From: an uncultured Verrucomicrobiae bacterium
Lineage (GTDB): Bacteria; Verrucomicrobiota; Verrucomicrobiia; Opitutales; JABDGR01
DNA: 64,000 nucleotides
Assembly (NCBI GenBank): GCA_963765205.1
Contig: CAVXVB010000008.1
Location: 224,001 to 288,000, forward strand
Reading direction: 5' to 3'
Below the pieces are notes generated by a model. That model was given only the letters and a program-made list of their open reading frames with translations, was not told where the DNA came from and searched no databases. Shown piece after piece: positions 30,090 through 39,982 of this stretch. Numbering within the stretch: the first letter of the stretch is position 1; the number at the start of each line of letters is the position of its first letter. The translations under genes were made by a program, and so were the position numbers.

Positions 30090-31769
30090 TTACGGCGACG
30101 ATTGAATCACCACGCTGGCGCTGCCAGTGTTGCCACTCGGCGGGGTCGGCGGCGTCGAACCATCCGACATGATCACCCTGGCGGAGTCGTCGCCCTTGAC
30201 GATGATGTTGGCCGGCCCGGGCGGCGTGGTCACGGTTTGGGTGGTTCCATCCGGCAGGGCAATGGTCATCGTGCTGGCGCCGCTGTTGTCGGTTGGCAGC
30301 TGTGCGGCGGTGCTGGTGGAAATTACCATTGTGCCGCCACCTAGGCTGCTGGCAGAGCTGGTGCAGCTGGAGGTGCCGTTGGAGATCGTCAGCGAGGAAT
30401 TGCTCCCGGCGTCGTTCGAGATCCTCTGCGATGAGCCATCCGACATGGTCAACGTGACGGTGCCATCGCCATTGTCGGTCACGTTGGTGGGTACGGGCGG
30501 TTTCGGCACGATCTGGGTCGTCCCATTCGGCAGGGTGATAGTCATGGTGCCGTCGCCATTGTCGGCAATTTGCGGCATCTCGCCTGAACCGGTGGGAATC
30601 ACATGACCACCGATGGATAGCATTACTTGGTCGTTGCCAGCCCCGAGCGGAAATGCAGCGCCCATCGTCTGCTTGTTGCCCGTAGACACCGTAACGATTC
30701 CTGGGCCGGTGACGACCACCCCCGTGCGGACATTACCGTCGCCGCCACTCGAGATTAGATTGTCGCGCAAATTGGCGAGGGCCTGGCTGAAAACCATTTG
30801 AGTTTGCGCCGACGGATCCGGTATCGTGGGCGTGGGGGCCGCCGCCGCCGGATCCGCGTCATGCGCCGGGGCCGGGGGCGCTTTCGGGGGTTCGATCTGG
30901 TTGGCCGCGATTTGGATTGCGGGTGCTTTGGCGATGGGAGAGGAGACTTTGGCTATAACTGGCGCGGGGACGGCTGCGGGCGCGGGTGCGCGTTGCGTGA
31001 CGAGCACTGTGGTGATGGCGGCTGCGGCGGCAGCACCGGCGGCAAGGCTCAGGGCGAGTTTCGAGGTGATCATGGTTTTTATCGAGGCAAGGGTGAAAGT
31101 GGTGACGCCCGCCGCCGCCGCGCCGCTCAGGGCGCTGGTGGCCACGGACGCGGCCAGGCCCGCCGGCACCGGGGCCAAGGCGCTGGCGTTCAGCGTGGTG
31201 CCCAGCGCGGACGCCGAGGCGACCGTCACGCCGGAACGAACCAGGATGCCGCGCAATTTCTCGAGCGCGCGGCCCAGGCGTTTCTGCGCCGCGTTTTCGC
31301 TCGTGCCCAGGGCGAGGCCCACGCTACGCACGTCCTGCTGCTGGAGATAGCGCAGCACGATGGCGTCCCGGTCGGAGGCATCAAGGCGGTTCAGCGCGGC
31401 GTCGAGCAGCGGGGCCAGTTGCGCCCAATAAGCGTCCTGTCCGGCGTTGTCGTTTTGAGCATGAATTTCCATGGCGGTCCTTTCGCGGGCACGCCGGCGG
31501 CTTTCGGCGCGGATGGCTTTGAGGGCGGTGTAGCAAGTGTGCCGGTGCAGCCAGCCGCCCAACACCACGTCCGGCGGCAGCGACTTGGCCTTGCGCGCCA
31601 GGTCGGTGAAGACCAGTTGCGTTACATCCTGGGCCAGGTGCGCGTCGCCGGAGGTCATCCGCCGGGCCGTCGCATTCACCAGTTGGATATGGCGCGCGAC
31701 CAGCTCGCGGAAAGCCGGTTCGGAGCCTTCCTCGGCATACTGGCGCAGCCATGCAACGTCGTCACTCAT
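30090..31769 (-). CDS. ECF sigma factor with TM segment and C-terminal extension containing DNGDGT repeats
   Basis: Sigma region 2/4 motifs nearly identical to 22726-24117; C-terminus has DNGDGT.T.T..DG beta-hairpin-like repeats. Confidence 0.88.
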   Translation of the reverse strand: MSDDVAWLRQYAEEGSEPAFRELVARHIQLVNATARRMTSGDAHLAQDVTQLVFTDLARKAKSLPPDVVLGGWLHRHTCYTALKAIRAESRRRARERTAMEIHAQNDNAGQDAYWAQLAPLLDAALNRLDASDRDAIVLRYLQQQDVRSVGLALGTSENAAQKRLGRALEKLRGILVRSGVTVASASALGTTLNASALAPVPAGLAASVATSALSGAAAAGVTTFTLASIKTMITSKLALSLAAGAAAAAAITTVLVTQRAPAPAAVPAPVIAKVSSPIAKAPAIQIAANQIEPPKAPPAPAHDADPAAAAPTPTIPDPSAQTQMVFSQALANLRDNLISSGGDGNVRTGVVVTGPGIVTVSTGNKQTMGAAFPLGAGNDQVMLSIGGHVIPTGSGEMPQIADNGDGTMTITLPNGTTQIVPKPPVPTNVTDNGDGTVTLTMSDGSSQRISNDAGSNSSLTISNGTSSCTSSASSLGGGTMVISTSTAAQLPTDNSGASTMTIALPDGTTQTVTTPPGPANIIVKGDDSARVIMSDGSTPPTPPSGNTGSASVVIQSSP

Positions 31770-31790
31770 CGGGTGGGTTGTTCATACAAT

Positions 31791-31819
31791 AGAACCCGCC
31801 CAAAGGCAAATCTGCCAAA
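31791..31819 (-). promoter_or_regulatory. Candidate autoregulatory ECF promoter
   Basis: TTTGGCAGATTT-N12-GTTCT, matching 24130-24158. Confidence 0.55.
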
Positions 31820-31897
31820 GTATTTCAATCCCAGGTCCCGCTAAGGATCAACGGATATTAGGCTTTTGTCGGCGGGCCAAAGCGTTAATTTCGGGGC

Positions 31898-32680
31898 ATG
31901 AAGCGAAATGCCAAACCCACGGCTTTGGTCACCGGCGCGGCGCGGGGCCTTGGGCGCGCCATCGCCGCGCGGTTGCTCGCGGCGGGTTGGAATGTCGTGC
32001 TCGCGGATGTTTTGGAAAAGGAGGGCAAACAAACTGCCGCCGCCCTGAATCGTCCCCGGAAGAAAAACGCCGGACGCGCAGAATTTATTTCCTGCGATGT
32101 CGCAGACGAAGCCCAAGTTGCCGCAGCCGTCGCGCAGAGCATCGAAAAATTCGGCCGGCTCGATGCGCTGGTCAACAACGCCGGGATCGCGCACCCCTAC
32201 AACCCGCCGGTGGAAAAATTGCCGCTGGCCGAATGGAATCGCAAAATCGCGGTGAACCTGACCGGCCCCTTTCTGTGCGCGAAGCACGCCGCGCCGCATT
32301 TGCGCTGCGCGCCCGGCGGCGGCGTCATCGTCAACATTTCCTCGACGCGCGCCTTCCTGGCCGAACCCCACACCGAAACCTACAATGCCAGCAAGGCGGG
32401 ACTGCTCGGCCTCACGCGCTCGCTCGCGCTCAGCCTCGGGCCGCGCGTGCGCGTCAATGCCATTTGCCCGGGCTGGATTGACACCCGTCCGGCCAAGGAA
32501 AGCGCCGCGGCGGCGAAGCGCGAAAAGCATATGCAACATCCGGTGGGCCGCGTGGGCCGGCCGGAGGACATCGCGGAACTCGCGCTCTTTTTAATGGATG
32601 GAGAGCGCAGCGGCTTCATCACGGGCCAGACCATCATCTGCGACGGCGGCATGCGGGTGAAGATGATTTATGAGGAATAG
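31898..32680 (+). CDS. Short-chain dehydrogenase/reductase
   Basis: TGAARGLG, NNAG, YNASK, VNAICPG. Confidence 0.93.
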   Translation: MKRNAKPTALVTGAARGLGRAIAARLLAAGWNVVLADVLEKEGKQTAAALNRPRKKNAGRAEFISCDVADEAQVAAAVAQSIEKFGRLDALVNNAGIAHPYNPPVEKLPLAEWNRKIAVNLTGPFLCAKHAAPHLRCAPGGGVIVNISSTRAFLAEPHTETYNASKAGLLGLTRSLALSLGPRVRVNAICPGWIDTRPAKESAAAAKREKHMQHPVGRVGRPEDIAELALFLMDGERSGFITGQTIICDGGMRVKMIYEE

Positions 32681-32822
32681 GTTGCAGGTTGGAGGTTGCA
32701 GGTCAGCTAACCGGCACCCTTTTTTTCCTTAATTTGCAAGCTCTCCTTGAATCGAAACCCAAAACGCGAATCCTCTTCTTTTCCTTAACCTGCAACTTGC
32801 AACTTTCCAACCTGCAACCGGC
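32679..32822. repeat. Inverted pair of 7-mer tandem arrays (AGGTTGC / AACCTGC)
   Basis: AGGTTGC AGGTTGG AGGTTGC at 32679-32699 and AACCTGC AACTTGC..AACCTGC at 32787-32822. Confidence 0.8.
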
Positions 32823-32832
32823 AGTTACCCCC

Positions 32833-33246
32833 TCACGCCGGCGCGCCGGCGTGGTGGACCTGCAGCGGGATGCGCGCGACGATCTGGTCGTCCATGTGCA
32901 CGTCGAAGGAATACAGCGAGGCCTTCTCGAGCGGCAGGCCTTGGAGGTTGATCACGAAATTGCGCGAGATGAACGCCGTCTTTTCCGGGATTTCCGTCAC
33001 CTTGACCTCGAAGCGCGGCTCGCCCTCCTTCGGCAGGATGTTGCGGCCGTCCGGGTCAATGAACGTCACGCGAAAGCGGTGGTCGCCCAAATCCACCGCG
33101 CGGAAGACGATGCGCAGCGCCAGCGCGCAATGCGGGTGGATGGCGGGAAAGCGGTGGGCGTAAATCGTGTCGAACGTGCCCAGCACGCAGAGCTTGCCGT
33201 TGTAGTCGGCGGCACTGTCGCAGATGACGGCGGCGAGGATTTCCAT
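32833..33246 (-). CDS. Conserved hypothetical beta-sandwich protein (DUF6941-like)
   Basis: ICDSAADYNGKLCVLGTFDTI.A..FP..H; family assignment from memory. Confidence 0.65.
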   Translation of the reverse strand: MEILAAVICDSAADYNGKLCVLGTFDTIYAHRFPAIHPHCALALRIVFRAVDLGDHRFRVTFIDPDGRNILPKEGEPRFEVKVTEIPEKTAFISRNFVINLQGLPLEKASLYSFDVHMDDQIVARIPLQVHHAGAPA

Positions 33247-33332
33247 AAAAGATAAGGATGGCGGATGGAACGACGGTTGGGTGTGCTTCCATTAACCAAA
33301 GAACGCCGCGAATGGACAGAACTAAATTCGCG

Positions 33333-34358
33333 TCAACTTGGCGAGGCTTCCGGCGGTGTCAGCGGCGGGACGGGCGGGACGGTCAAGAGCGACACGCGCA
33401 GGCCGGGCAGAAAATCGGAAAAGTCCTGCGTCGCGGGCGTGTTGCGCAAGGCCTGTTGCGCCATGCCCATCTTGGCGTCGAAGTTGTCCGCCATCGCCAC
33501 AAACAGTGCCTCGGGCGTGCAGGCCAGCGTGGCTGCGCCCCATTCGAGTTCGCCCTGGTGGGAAAGAATGATATGTTCGAGGCGCTCGAGCAGCGCTGGT
33601 TCGAGCGCCGGCTTCGCCTTCATCGCCCCCTGCCGCACGAGCCGGTAGCCCAGCACCACATGCCCCTGCAAAATCCCCACGCGCGATTTCACCGGGGCCA
33701 GCTCGCCCTCATATTCAATGGCCTTGCCCACGTCGTGCAACAGCGCCCCGGCTAGCGCGAGGCTCGGGTCCACCTCGGGATACAGCGGCAGCAGCGCGCG
33801 CGCCACGCGGGCGACATGCACCGTGTGCTCCAGCAACCCGTGCCGGTAGGCGTGGTGCATCGCCGTGGCGGCGGGCGCAATGCGAAACCGCTCGCCGATG
33901 TTTTCAAAAACCTGTCTGGTCGCCGCGCGCAGCCCCTCGTGCGGGATGGCGGCGATGACACCCTGCAATTCCTCCCACAGCGCGGTCGCGTTTTCCGGCG
34001 CGGCCTCGACGAGCCGCGCCAGCCAGTCGCCCGCCGCAATTTCCTCCGCGCCCAGCACGCCCACGGCGGAGAGGCGCGGGCTGAATTTTCCCTGGTAGCG
34101 CTCGGTCGTCCCTTCAATGCGCACCACCGACCCCGGCGGCTGCTCCGAAAACAACGCGAACGCCGCGCTGTCGTGGAAACACGTCGCGCTGAACGAACCG
34201 GAAAGGTCGCCCAGCTCGACGACCAAAAATTCATTGCCGTTGCGCGCCTTGCGCACGGTCGCGCGCAAAAAGAGCAGCACCGCGGTAAACGGCCGCGGTT
34301 CGTCGGCCGGCAGCGCCTTGAGTTCGGCGACGGTGGCGGTTTTGGAAAAATCAGGCAT
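33333..34358 (-). CDS. YhaM-family 3'-5' exoribonuclease (OB-fold + HD)
   Basis: APAA..MHHAY..GLLEHT, LLHDVGK, HIILSHQG..EWG, ADNFDAK. Confidence 0.88.
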   Translation of the reverse strand: MPDFSKTATVAELKALPADEPRPFTAVLLFLRATVRKARNGNEFLVVELGDLSGSFSATCFHDSAAFALFSEQPPGSVVRIEGTTERYQGKFSPRLSAVGVLGAEEIAAGDWLARLVEAAPENATALWEELQGVIAAIPHEGLRAATRQVFENIGERFRIAPAATAMHHAYRHGLLEHTVHVARVARALLPLYPEVDPSLALAGALLHDVGKAIEYEGELAPVKSRVGILQGHVVLGYRLVRQGAMKAKPALEPALLERLEHIILSHQGELEWGAATLACTPEALFVAMADNFDAKMGMAQQALRNTPATQDFSDFLPGLRVSLLTVPPVPPLTPPEASPS

Positions 34359-34914
34359 AGAGTTTGACGAGCGCGGTGAATTCGCGGAAGCGCGCGTGCC
34401 GGGCGTCGCGCACGATGCTGTAGAAAACCGTCTCCGAAGGCAAGAGGCGCGCGCCGGCACTTTTCATCATGCGGCAGACCGGCGGGAAATCCTCCGGTCG
34501 GCGGCCGCCAGTGGCGTCGGTCAGCACGGTGACTTCAAAGTCCGCCGCCAGCGCCTCGAGCACGGTCAGGTAAACACAAATCGGCGTCTCCAGCCCGGCA
34601 ATGAGCAAATGCGTCGCGCCCTGGGCGCGCAGCCATTCACCAAGACCCTCGGCGGCAAAGGCGGAGAACGCGCTCTTGGCAAACACCGGCGCATCCGCCC
34701 CGGCGGCCTCGCGCACAACCGCGTTCGTCGCGCCGAGCTTGGCGGGAACTTGTTCCGTGAACGCGACGGGAATTTTCAACAATCGCGCGGTGGCCGCGAC
34801 GAATGCGCACCGCCGCGCCAACGGCGCGCCGGCCGCCGGCAACGCGCGCAAAAAAACATCCTGCACGTCCACAATGAGCAAAACCAGTCCAGGCGGCGGA
34901 GCGTCGTCGTTCAT
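34351..34914 (-). CDS. Isochorismatase-family hydrolase
   Basis: LLIVDVQ, TEQVP.KLG.T, KSAFSAF, GLETPICVY.T. Confidence 0.88.
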   Translation of the reverse strand: MNDDAPPPGLVLLIVDVQDVFLRALPAAGAPLARRCAFVAATARLLKIPVAFTEQVPAKLGATNAVVREAAGADAPVFAKSAFSAFAAEGLGEWLRAQGATHLLIAGLETPICVYLTVLEALAADFEVTVLTDATGGRRPEDFPPVCRMMKSAGARLLPSETVFYSIVRDARHARFREFTALVKLYA

Positions 34915-34925
34915 GGCGGGGGGGG

Positions 34926-35585
34926 TTATTCGAGGTATTTCTTGTGCGCGGCGACTTGGACGATTTCGCGCTGGGGCAGAATGCACGCGGAAAGGTAGCC
35001 GCCATAAACGCAGCCGGTGTCCAGGCCCAGCGACCATGGTCGGCGATAGACATCCGCCCGCGGGATGTGGCCGTAAACGACGAAGGGCGGCCCCTCCCAT
35101 TTGTCGGCCCACACCCGCGCCAGCGGCGCCTCGCTGCGCTTGCGCGGCCGGCCCTGGTCGTCAATTACCTGGATGCGGGTGACAATTTCCGCGCTCTGCT
35201 TTTCCCAAGGCTGGTCAGGCAAAAAGCCGCCATGCACGCACACGGTTTGGAATTCCGGCAAATAATAAGTCAGCTTCATACCCTGCAGGTATTTCCAGTC
35301 CTGCTCATCGAGCTGGCGGACAGTCGTCCAGTCGTAGTCCTTCAGCACCTTGGCGTCGCGTTCCTTGCGGTATTGCAGCAGGCGCAGCTCGTGGTTGCCC
35401 AGCAGCGAGACCGTGTTGGACAGGCTCCGCACCAAACTCACCACCCCGTGGCTGTCCGGCCCGCGGTTCACCAAATCGCCCAGAAAGATCAGCTGGTCGT
35501 CCTTGCCGGGCTTGAGTTTGGCCAGTAAATCCGTCAGTTCGGCCAGGCAGCCGTGCACGTCGCCGATGACTATTATGCGTCCCAT
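34926..35585 (-). CDS. Calcineurin-like metallophosphoesterase (ApaH/PrpE-like)
   Basis: GDVHG, GDLVNRG, GNHE, HGG, YGH, LDTGC. Confidence 0.9.
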   Translation of the reverse strand: MGRIIVIGDVHGCLAELTDLLAKLKPGKDDQLIFLGDLVNRGPDSHGVVSLVRSLSNTVSLLGNHELRLLQYRKERDAKVLKDYDWTTVRQLDEQDWKYLQGMKLTYYLPEFQTVCVHGGFLPDQPWEKQSAEIVTRIQVIDDQGRPRKRSEAPLARVWADKWEGPPFVVYGHIPRADVYRRPWSLGLDTGCVYGGYLSACILPQREIVQVAAHKKYLE

Positions 35586-35632
35586 GGACGAAATTCATTG
35601 CGCTAAGCCGCGCAGTTCGTAAATCAAAAAAG

Positions 35633-36115
35633 GTGGATTGGGCCATAAAATCGCTTTCGCGCGCCTCTTTCGCCTCCGGCCATGTCTTTACACCGGGGGA
35701 AAAGGTCAATTGCGTCATCTTTCGCGGGCCGGACGGCCTGCAGCGTGCGGATGTGACCGAAATCGAGGGCCGCGAGTGGCAGCCCCCCGGCGAGGTGCTC
35801 GGCCGCTGGTCGCGCAAGGCGGAGGACGAATCCGCCGCCGCCAAACGCCGCGGCGCCCTCGCCTCCGCCGAGGAGGTCTTCCTCGCCCTCATCCAGGAGC
35901 CCGGTGGCGCGGGCTTGGACAAGGACCTGCTCCTGCAACTCCTCGCGTTGATGATTGAGCGCAAACGCATCCTGCGGCCCCAAGGCCGGCCCGCTGGCGG
36001 GCGCCAGCGTTACTGGCACCCGCGGCTGCGGCAGGAATTTTCCGTTCCCCATCAGGAACTGACGCCCGAGCGCGTGGCCACCCTGCGGGAACAGTTGCAT
36101 CATCTGGCTTTTTAG
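35633..36115 (+). CDS. Hypothetical protein
   Basis: GTG start, host-like codon usage, first gene of a plus-strand run; LLALMIERKRILRP motif. Confidence 0.7.
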   Translation: MDWAIKSLSRASFASGHVFTPGEKVNCVIFRGPDGLQRADVTEIEGREWQPPGEVLGRWSRKAEDESAAAKRRGALASAEEVFLALIQEPGGAGLDKDLLLQLLALMIERKRILRPQGRPAGGRQRYWHPRLRQEFSVPHQELTPERVATLREQLHHLAF

Positions 36116-36130
36116 GCCACGCTCCCCGTC

Positions 36131-36772
36131 ATGCCCATCCCCGCCACTCACCGCCGCGGTTTCACGCTGGGCCTCGCCGCGCTCCTGTGGGCCGCCTTGT
36201 CCGCCGGCAGTTGCTCAACGGGCCCCCAGTTGCCGGATCTCCTCTTTGATTTTCACATGGAAACGCCCGCCGGCAGCGGGATGGCTTTCACCCTGCCCGT
36301 CACCCAGCAAGTCAAGTATTGCAAGGCCGATGCCTTTGTCACCGAGGCCAACGTCGTGGATGTCAAAGGGGGGACGATTGACGTGCCACTCGGGGACAAC
36401 CAGTTTGTGAATACCCGGTGTGTGTTTTTTTACTTTGACCGCGAAGGCGAACGGCTGCTGGAATTGCACACCACCTCGAGCGATATCGGAAAAAAGATTT
36501 ACCTCTTCGTCAATGCCAAGCCCGTCGGCGCGCGCCTGATTGACCAGACGATTTCCGGCGAAGAGTCTACGGCGGCGCCCATTGACGTTACCTCGGTGGC
36601 CAGCGCCGCGGTGGCCAATCGCACAGCGGCGGAAAGCACCTCAACCAATGGCGCGCTTTTCATGTTTTTGGAAATCCCCGACGTGAACACCGACCAGGCA
36701 AAATTTGACGCCTACGTCGCCGACCTGAAGAAGTCCGTTGTGGCCTACCAGAAATTCAAGAAGAGCCAATAA
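36131..36772 (+). CDS. Hypothetical exported protein / lipoprotein
   Basis: Signal peptide ending AGSC; operon context. Confidence 0.7.
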   Translation: MPIPATHRRGFTLGLAALLWAALSAGSCSTGPQLPDLLFDFHMETPAGSGMAFTLPVTQQVKYCKADAFVTEANVVDVKGGTIDVPLGDNQFVNTRCVFFYFDREGERLLELHTTSSDIGKKIYLFVNAKPVGARLIDQTISGEESTAAPIDVTSVASAAVANRTAAESTSTNGALFMFLEIPDVNTDQAKFDAYVADLKKSVVAYQKFKKSQ

Positions 36773-36778
36773 GCCGCC

Positions 36779-37870
36779 ATGATCCCGCGAAAGTTGCCGT
36801 CCACCCGAAACGCGCTGGCCGCGCTGGCGGTCCTGCTATCGGCGGTTTTCGCCGCCAGTGCCGCCCCCGCCGGGAACTCCGCACCGCCGGGCGCCCCCGC
36901 GGCCAAGCTGCCTTTCGCCATCCTCTGGCCCACCCCCAACCCCGCCTTCATGCAAGGCGGCGACCTCGCCTCTTGGGTGCAGGACACTGGCACCGGCGAC
37001 CCCCACTCCGGCCTGTTCGGCTGCGTGCGCGACGACGGCCACAAATTCCATGAGGGCATTGACATCAAGTGCATCCAGCGCGACAAAAAAGGCGATCCGC
37101 TGGATGCCGTGTCCGCCGTGATGGATGGGCGAGTCGAATATATTAACAACGTCGCCGGTAACGGCGACTATGGCCGCTACATTGTCCTCGAACACCCGCA
37201 CGCCGACGTGCCCGTCTATACCCTCTACGCCCACCTCTCCGCCATCGCGCCCGGCCTTAAAGTCGGCCAAACCGTCACCGCCGGGGAGACCATCGCCACG
37301 CTGGGCCATTCCGGCACCGAAGACATCCCCCTCGCCCGCGCCCACCTGCATTTCGAGATCGGCCTGCGCCTCTCCGATGACTTTCAATATTTCTACGACG
37401 AGGAAAAACTCCCCGGCAAAAACGCGCACGGCAATTACAACGGCATCAACCTCCTCGGCTCCGACCCCTATGCCTTTTTCGAGCTGGTCCGCACGGGCAA
37501 ATTCAAAAATTTCGCCACCTATTTCCGCGACATCCCCACGGCCTTCACCCTGCGCGTCACCACCACCCGCGTCCCCGATTTCGTCTCCCGCTATCCCGCA
37601 CTCTTAACCAAGCCCGTGACTTTGGATGGCGTTGCCGGCTGGGACATCGCCTGCACTTGGTATGGCATGCCCAAGCAAATGACGCCCCTGCCCGCCGGCA
37701 CCCCCGGCCTCGGCGCGCCCGGCGCGGTCGCCCTCGTCAGCTACGACCGCGCCCAGTTTGTCGGCTGCACCTGCCGCGACACCCTCCTCTTCAGCGCCAC
37801 CAAAAACACCCCACCCACCCTCGGCAAATATCTGGAAGATAACATCAAGATGCTGTTCCATTTCAAGTGA
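36779..37870 (+). CDS. M23-family metallopeptidase
   Basis: Signal peptide; HEGID, YAHL, HLHFE. Confidence 0.9.
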   Translation: MIPRKLPSTRNALAALAVLLSAVFAASAAPAGNSAPPGAPAAKLPFAILWPTPNPAFMQGGDLASWVQDTGTGDPHSGLFGCVRDDGHKFHEGIDIKCIQRDKKGDPLDAVSAVMDGRVEYINNVAGNGDYGRYIVLEHPHADVPVYTLYAHLSAIAPGLKVGQTVTAGETIATLGHSGTEDIPLARAHLHFEIGLRLSDDFQYFYDEEKLPGKNAHGNYNGINLLGSDPYAFFELVRTGKFKNFATYFRDIPTAFTLRVTTTRVPDFVSRYPALLTKPVTLDGVAGWDIACTWYGMPKQMTPLPAGTPGLGAPGAVALVSYDRAQFVGCTCRDTLLFSATKNTPPTLGKYLEDNIKMLFHFK

Positions 37871-38011
37871 ACCGGGATAATTGAAAGTGGCTTGCTCTGT
37901 AGAAAACACTCCAAGGGCCGTCGGCAAGCGACCCCCCCGGCTTGGAATCGAGAAAATGCCTGTTTTCTACAGAACAGTAGGGATCAGTTTGAATTTGGGC
38001 ATCTCGGCTTT

Positions 38012-38146
38012 CGCCCCAACGGGGCGAAGGAACCCAGCCCAGGGCTGATCCCGCCTCGCGGGAGCAACCCTGGGAATCGGTGACATAAATAATTTGCGCT
38101 CTGCAAGAACGCAGGAGCGTGGTTTTCCTCCGCCCTGACAGGGCGG
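38012..38146. repeat. REP-like palindrome cluster
   Basis: CGCCCCAACGGGGCG, CCCAGGG...CCCTGGG and CGCCCTGACAGGGCG hairpins. Confidence 0.55.
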
Positions 38147-38364
38147 CGCTTTTTCACGAATCGAATAAGTGCCATATAATCTCCTTTTCGCCCTACGACT
38201 TTGGCAAGGAGCGGAATGATTGCCTAAGCAAAATCCTTAGTGAAGTATAGCATCTGCTCCCATTGATGTTTTTTGAAACAATGTCATGTTGGAGTTTTAG
38301 TAGCCCATAAAAAGCCTGTCGGCAATTCCCAAGCAAATCAATCACTCCACAAAGGTTTTAATAC

Positions 38365-39732
38365 ATGAACACTATAATCCTGAATGGGCGCTTGTTCAGT
38401 ATCACAAGTAGTTTCCTAGCAAGCATACTTGCCATTCAATTGAGCCCTTCCGCCTACGGCCAGCTTGGCTCTTGGGTGACGGAGGCACCAATGCCCACGC
38501 CACGCTATGCGGCTGGTGCAGGCGTTTTTGGCGGGAATATTTTCGTCGTCGGTGGTGCTGATTACCAGGGTATTTCCACAGCCGTTGAAGCCTATAACGG
38601 CACATCGAATTCCTGGAGCGAATTGAATCCGATGCCTATTGTCCAGTACGATGCCGCCTACGGTACAATCAACGGAATCCTTTTTTTGGCCGGTGGCCAG
38701 AACAATGCTAGCCTCACGACCAATATTACGGCATTTGATATGAGTTCCGGTATGTGGTCCGAAGGTGCCCCGATCCCGACAAGTCGAGACGGTCCTACAT
38801 GCGGCATAATCAACGACCTCCTCTATGTAGCTGGCGGAGCTAATGCCGGTGGAACATTGTCGGCACTCGAAGTCTATGACCCAAGCAGTAACAGTTGGGC
38901 CTCATTGCCTCCAATGCCTACGCCGCGATATGCAGCGGGTGCTGGTGTCGTTAATGGTATTCTTTATGTTGTAGGGGGTAATGACGGGACAAACTTTCTT
39001 AATACTGTCGAAGCTTACGACCCGGTGAAGAACACTTGGACTACAAAATCACCGATGCCTACACCGCGGATGGGAATCAGTGTGGAAGTCGTCAACGGAA
39101 TTCTCTATGCCATGGGCGGAAATGACCAAACGAATTTTTTCAATACCGTTGAGGCGTATGACGCAGCGACAGATACTTGGTCAACTGTTGCGCCAATGCC
39201 TACCAGCCAATCCGGCTTCGTTACTATTCGCCTAAACGGTGTCATATATGCCATCGGGGGCGACAATGGCTCTATTTTGTCCACAGTTGAGGCCTTTACA
39301 CCACCTGCTGCGCTTGTAGGCCCTGCCGGGCCGCAAGGCCCAGAAGGCCCGGCTGGTCCACAAGGCCCGGCTGGCCCGGCAGGGTCGGCTGGTCCGGCGG
39401 GGCCCGCTGGTCCGACGGGTGCCACTGGCGCCACGGGCGCGACTGGCGCAACTGGCGCAACTGGAACGCAAGGCGTTCAAGGCCTACAAGGCCCTGCTGG
39501 CCCAACTGGTCCGAAAGGCGCGACTGGCGCAACCGGTCCATCTGGATTAGGTTTTGTTTCGGGCGCTTACTTGGAATTGGCGGCGGGTTCTCCATCCCCA
39601 ACTGGTTTCACCAAGGTAGGCACCACCCTAATCACGCTTGATTCATACGACATAAAGGGAAACCTACTGTGTGATAACCGCGGAGTTCCCTATACCTTCA
39701 CTATTTTGGTTGATCTATACAAGAAAAACTAA
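38365..39732 (+). CDS. Exported Kelch-repeat beta-propeller fused to a collagen-like (GXY)25 stalk
   Basis: Six MPTPR..../YVVGG/VEAYD/W Kelch repeats; GXY run at 39319-39543; visibly lower GC than the flanks. Confidence 0.9.
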   Translation: MNTIILNGRLFSITSSFLASILAIQLSPSAYGQLGSWVTEAPMPTPRYAAGAGVFGGNIFVVGGADYQGISTAVEAYNGTSNSWSELNPMPIVQYDAAYGTINGILFLAGGQNNASLTTNITAFDMSSGMWSEGAPIPTSRDGPTCGIINDLLYVAGGANAGGTLSALEVYDPSSNSWASLPPMPTPRYAAGAGVVNGILYVVGGNDGTNFLNTVEAYDPVKNTWTTKSPMPTPRMGISVEVVNGILYAMGGNDQTNFFNTVEAYDAATDTWSTVAPMPTSQSGFVTIRLNGVIYAIGGDNGSILSTVEAFTPPAALVGPAGPQGPEGPAGPQGPAGPAGSAGPAGPAGPTGATGATGATGATGATGTQGVQGLQGPAGPTGPKGATGATGPSGLGFVSGAYLELAAGSPSPTGFTKVGTTLITLDSYDIKGNLLCDNRGVPYTFTILVDLYKKN

Positions 39733-39982
39733 ATGAGGCCAAAAAGATGACATGAGGCGGTCGATGTCAGGGCTTGGACCTATACGTTGACCATTGCATG
39801 CCATCTTCACTGCTCTGCGGAAAAACATCCCGTCTACCCTCGGCAAGTATTTGGAAGATATCCTGCTACGAATGAACCAATACCTTTCCTCAGCTTCCCA
39901 TACTACTAGACAGAGTTGTCTAGTATCTAGGGGGCGGGTTGTCCATTATCAAGCAGACCATCTTGTCTACTGTAGCCCACAG

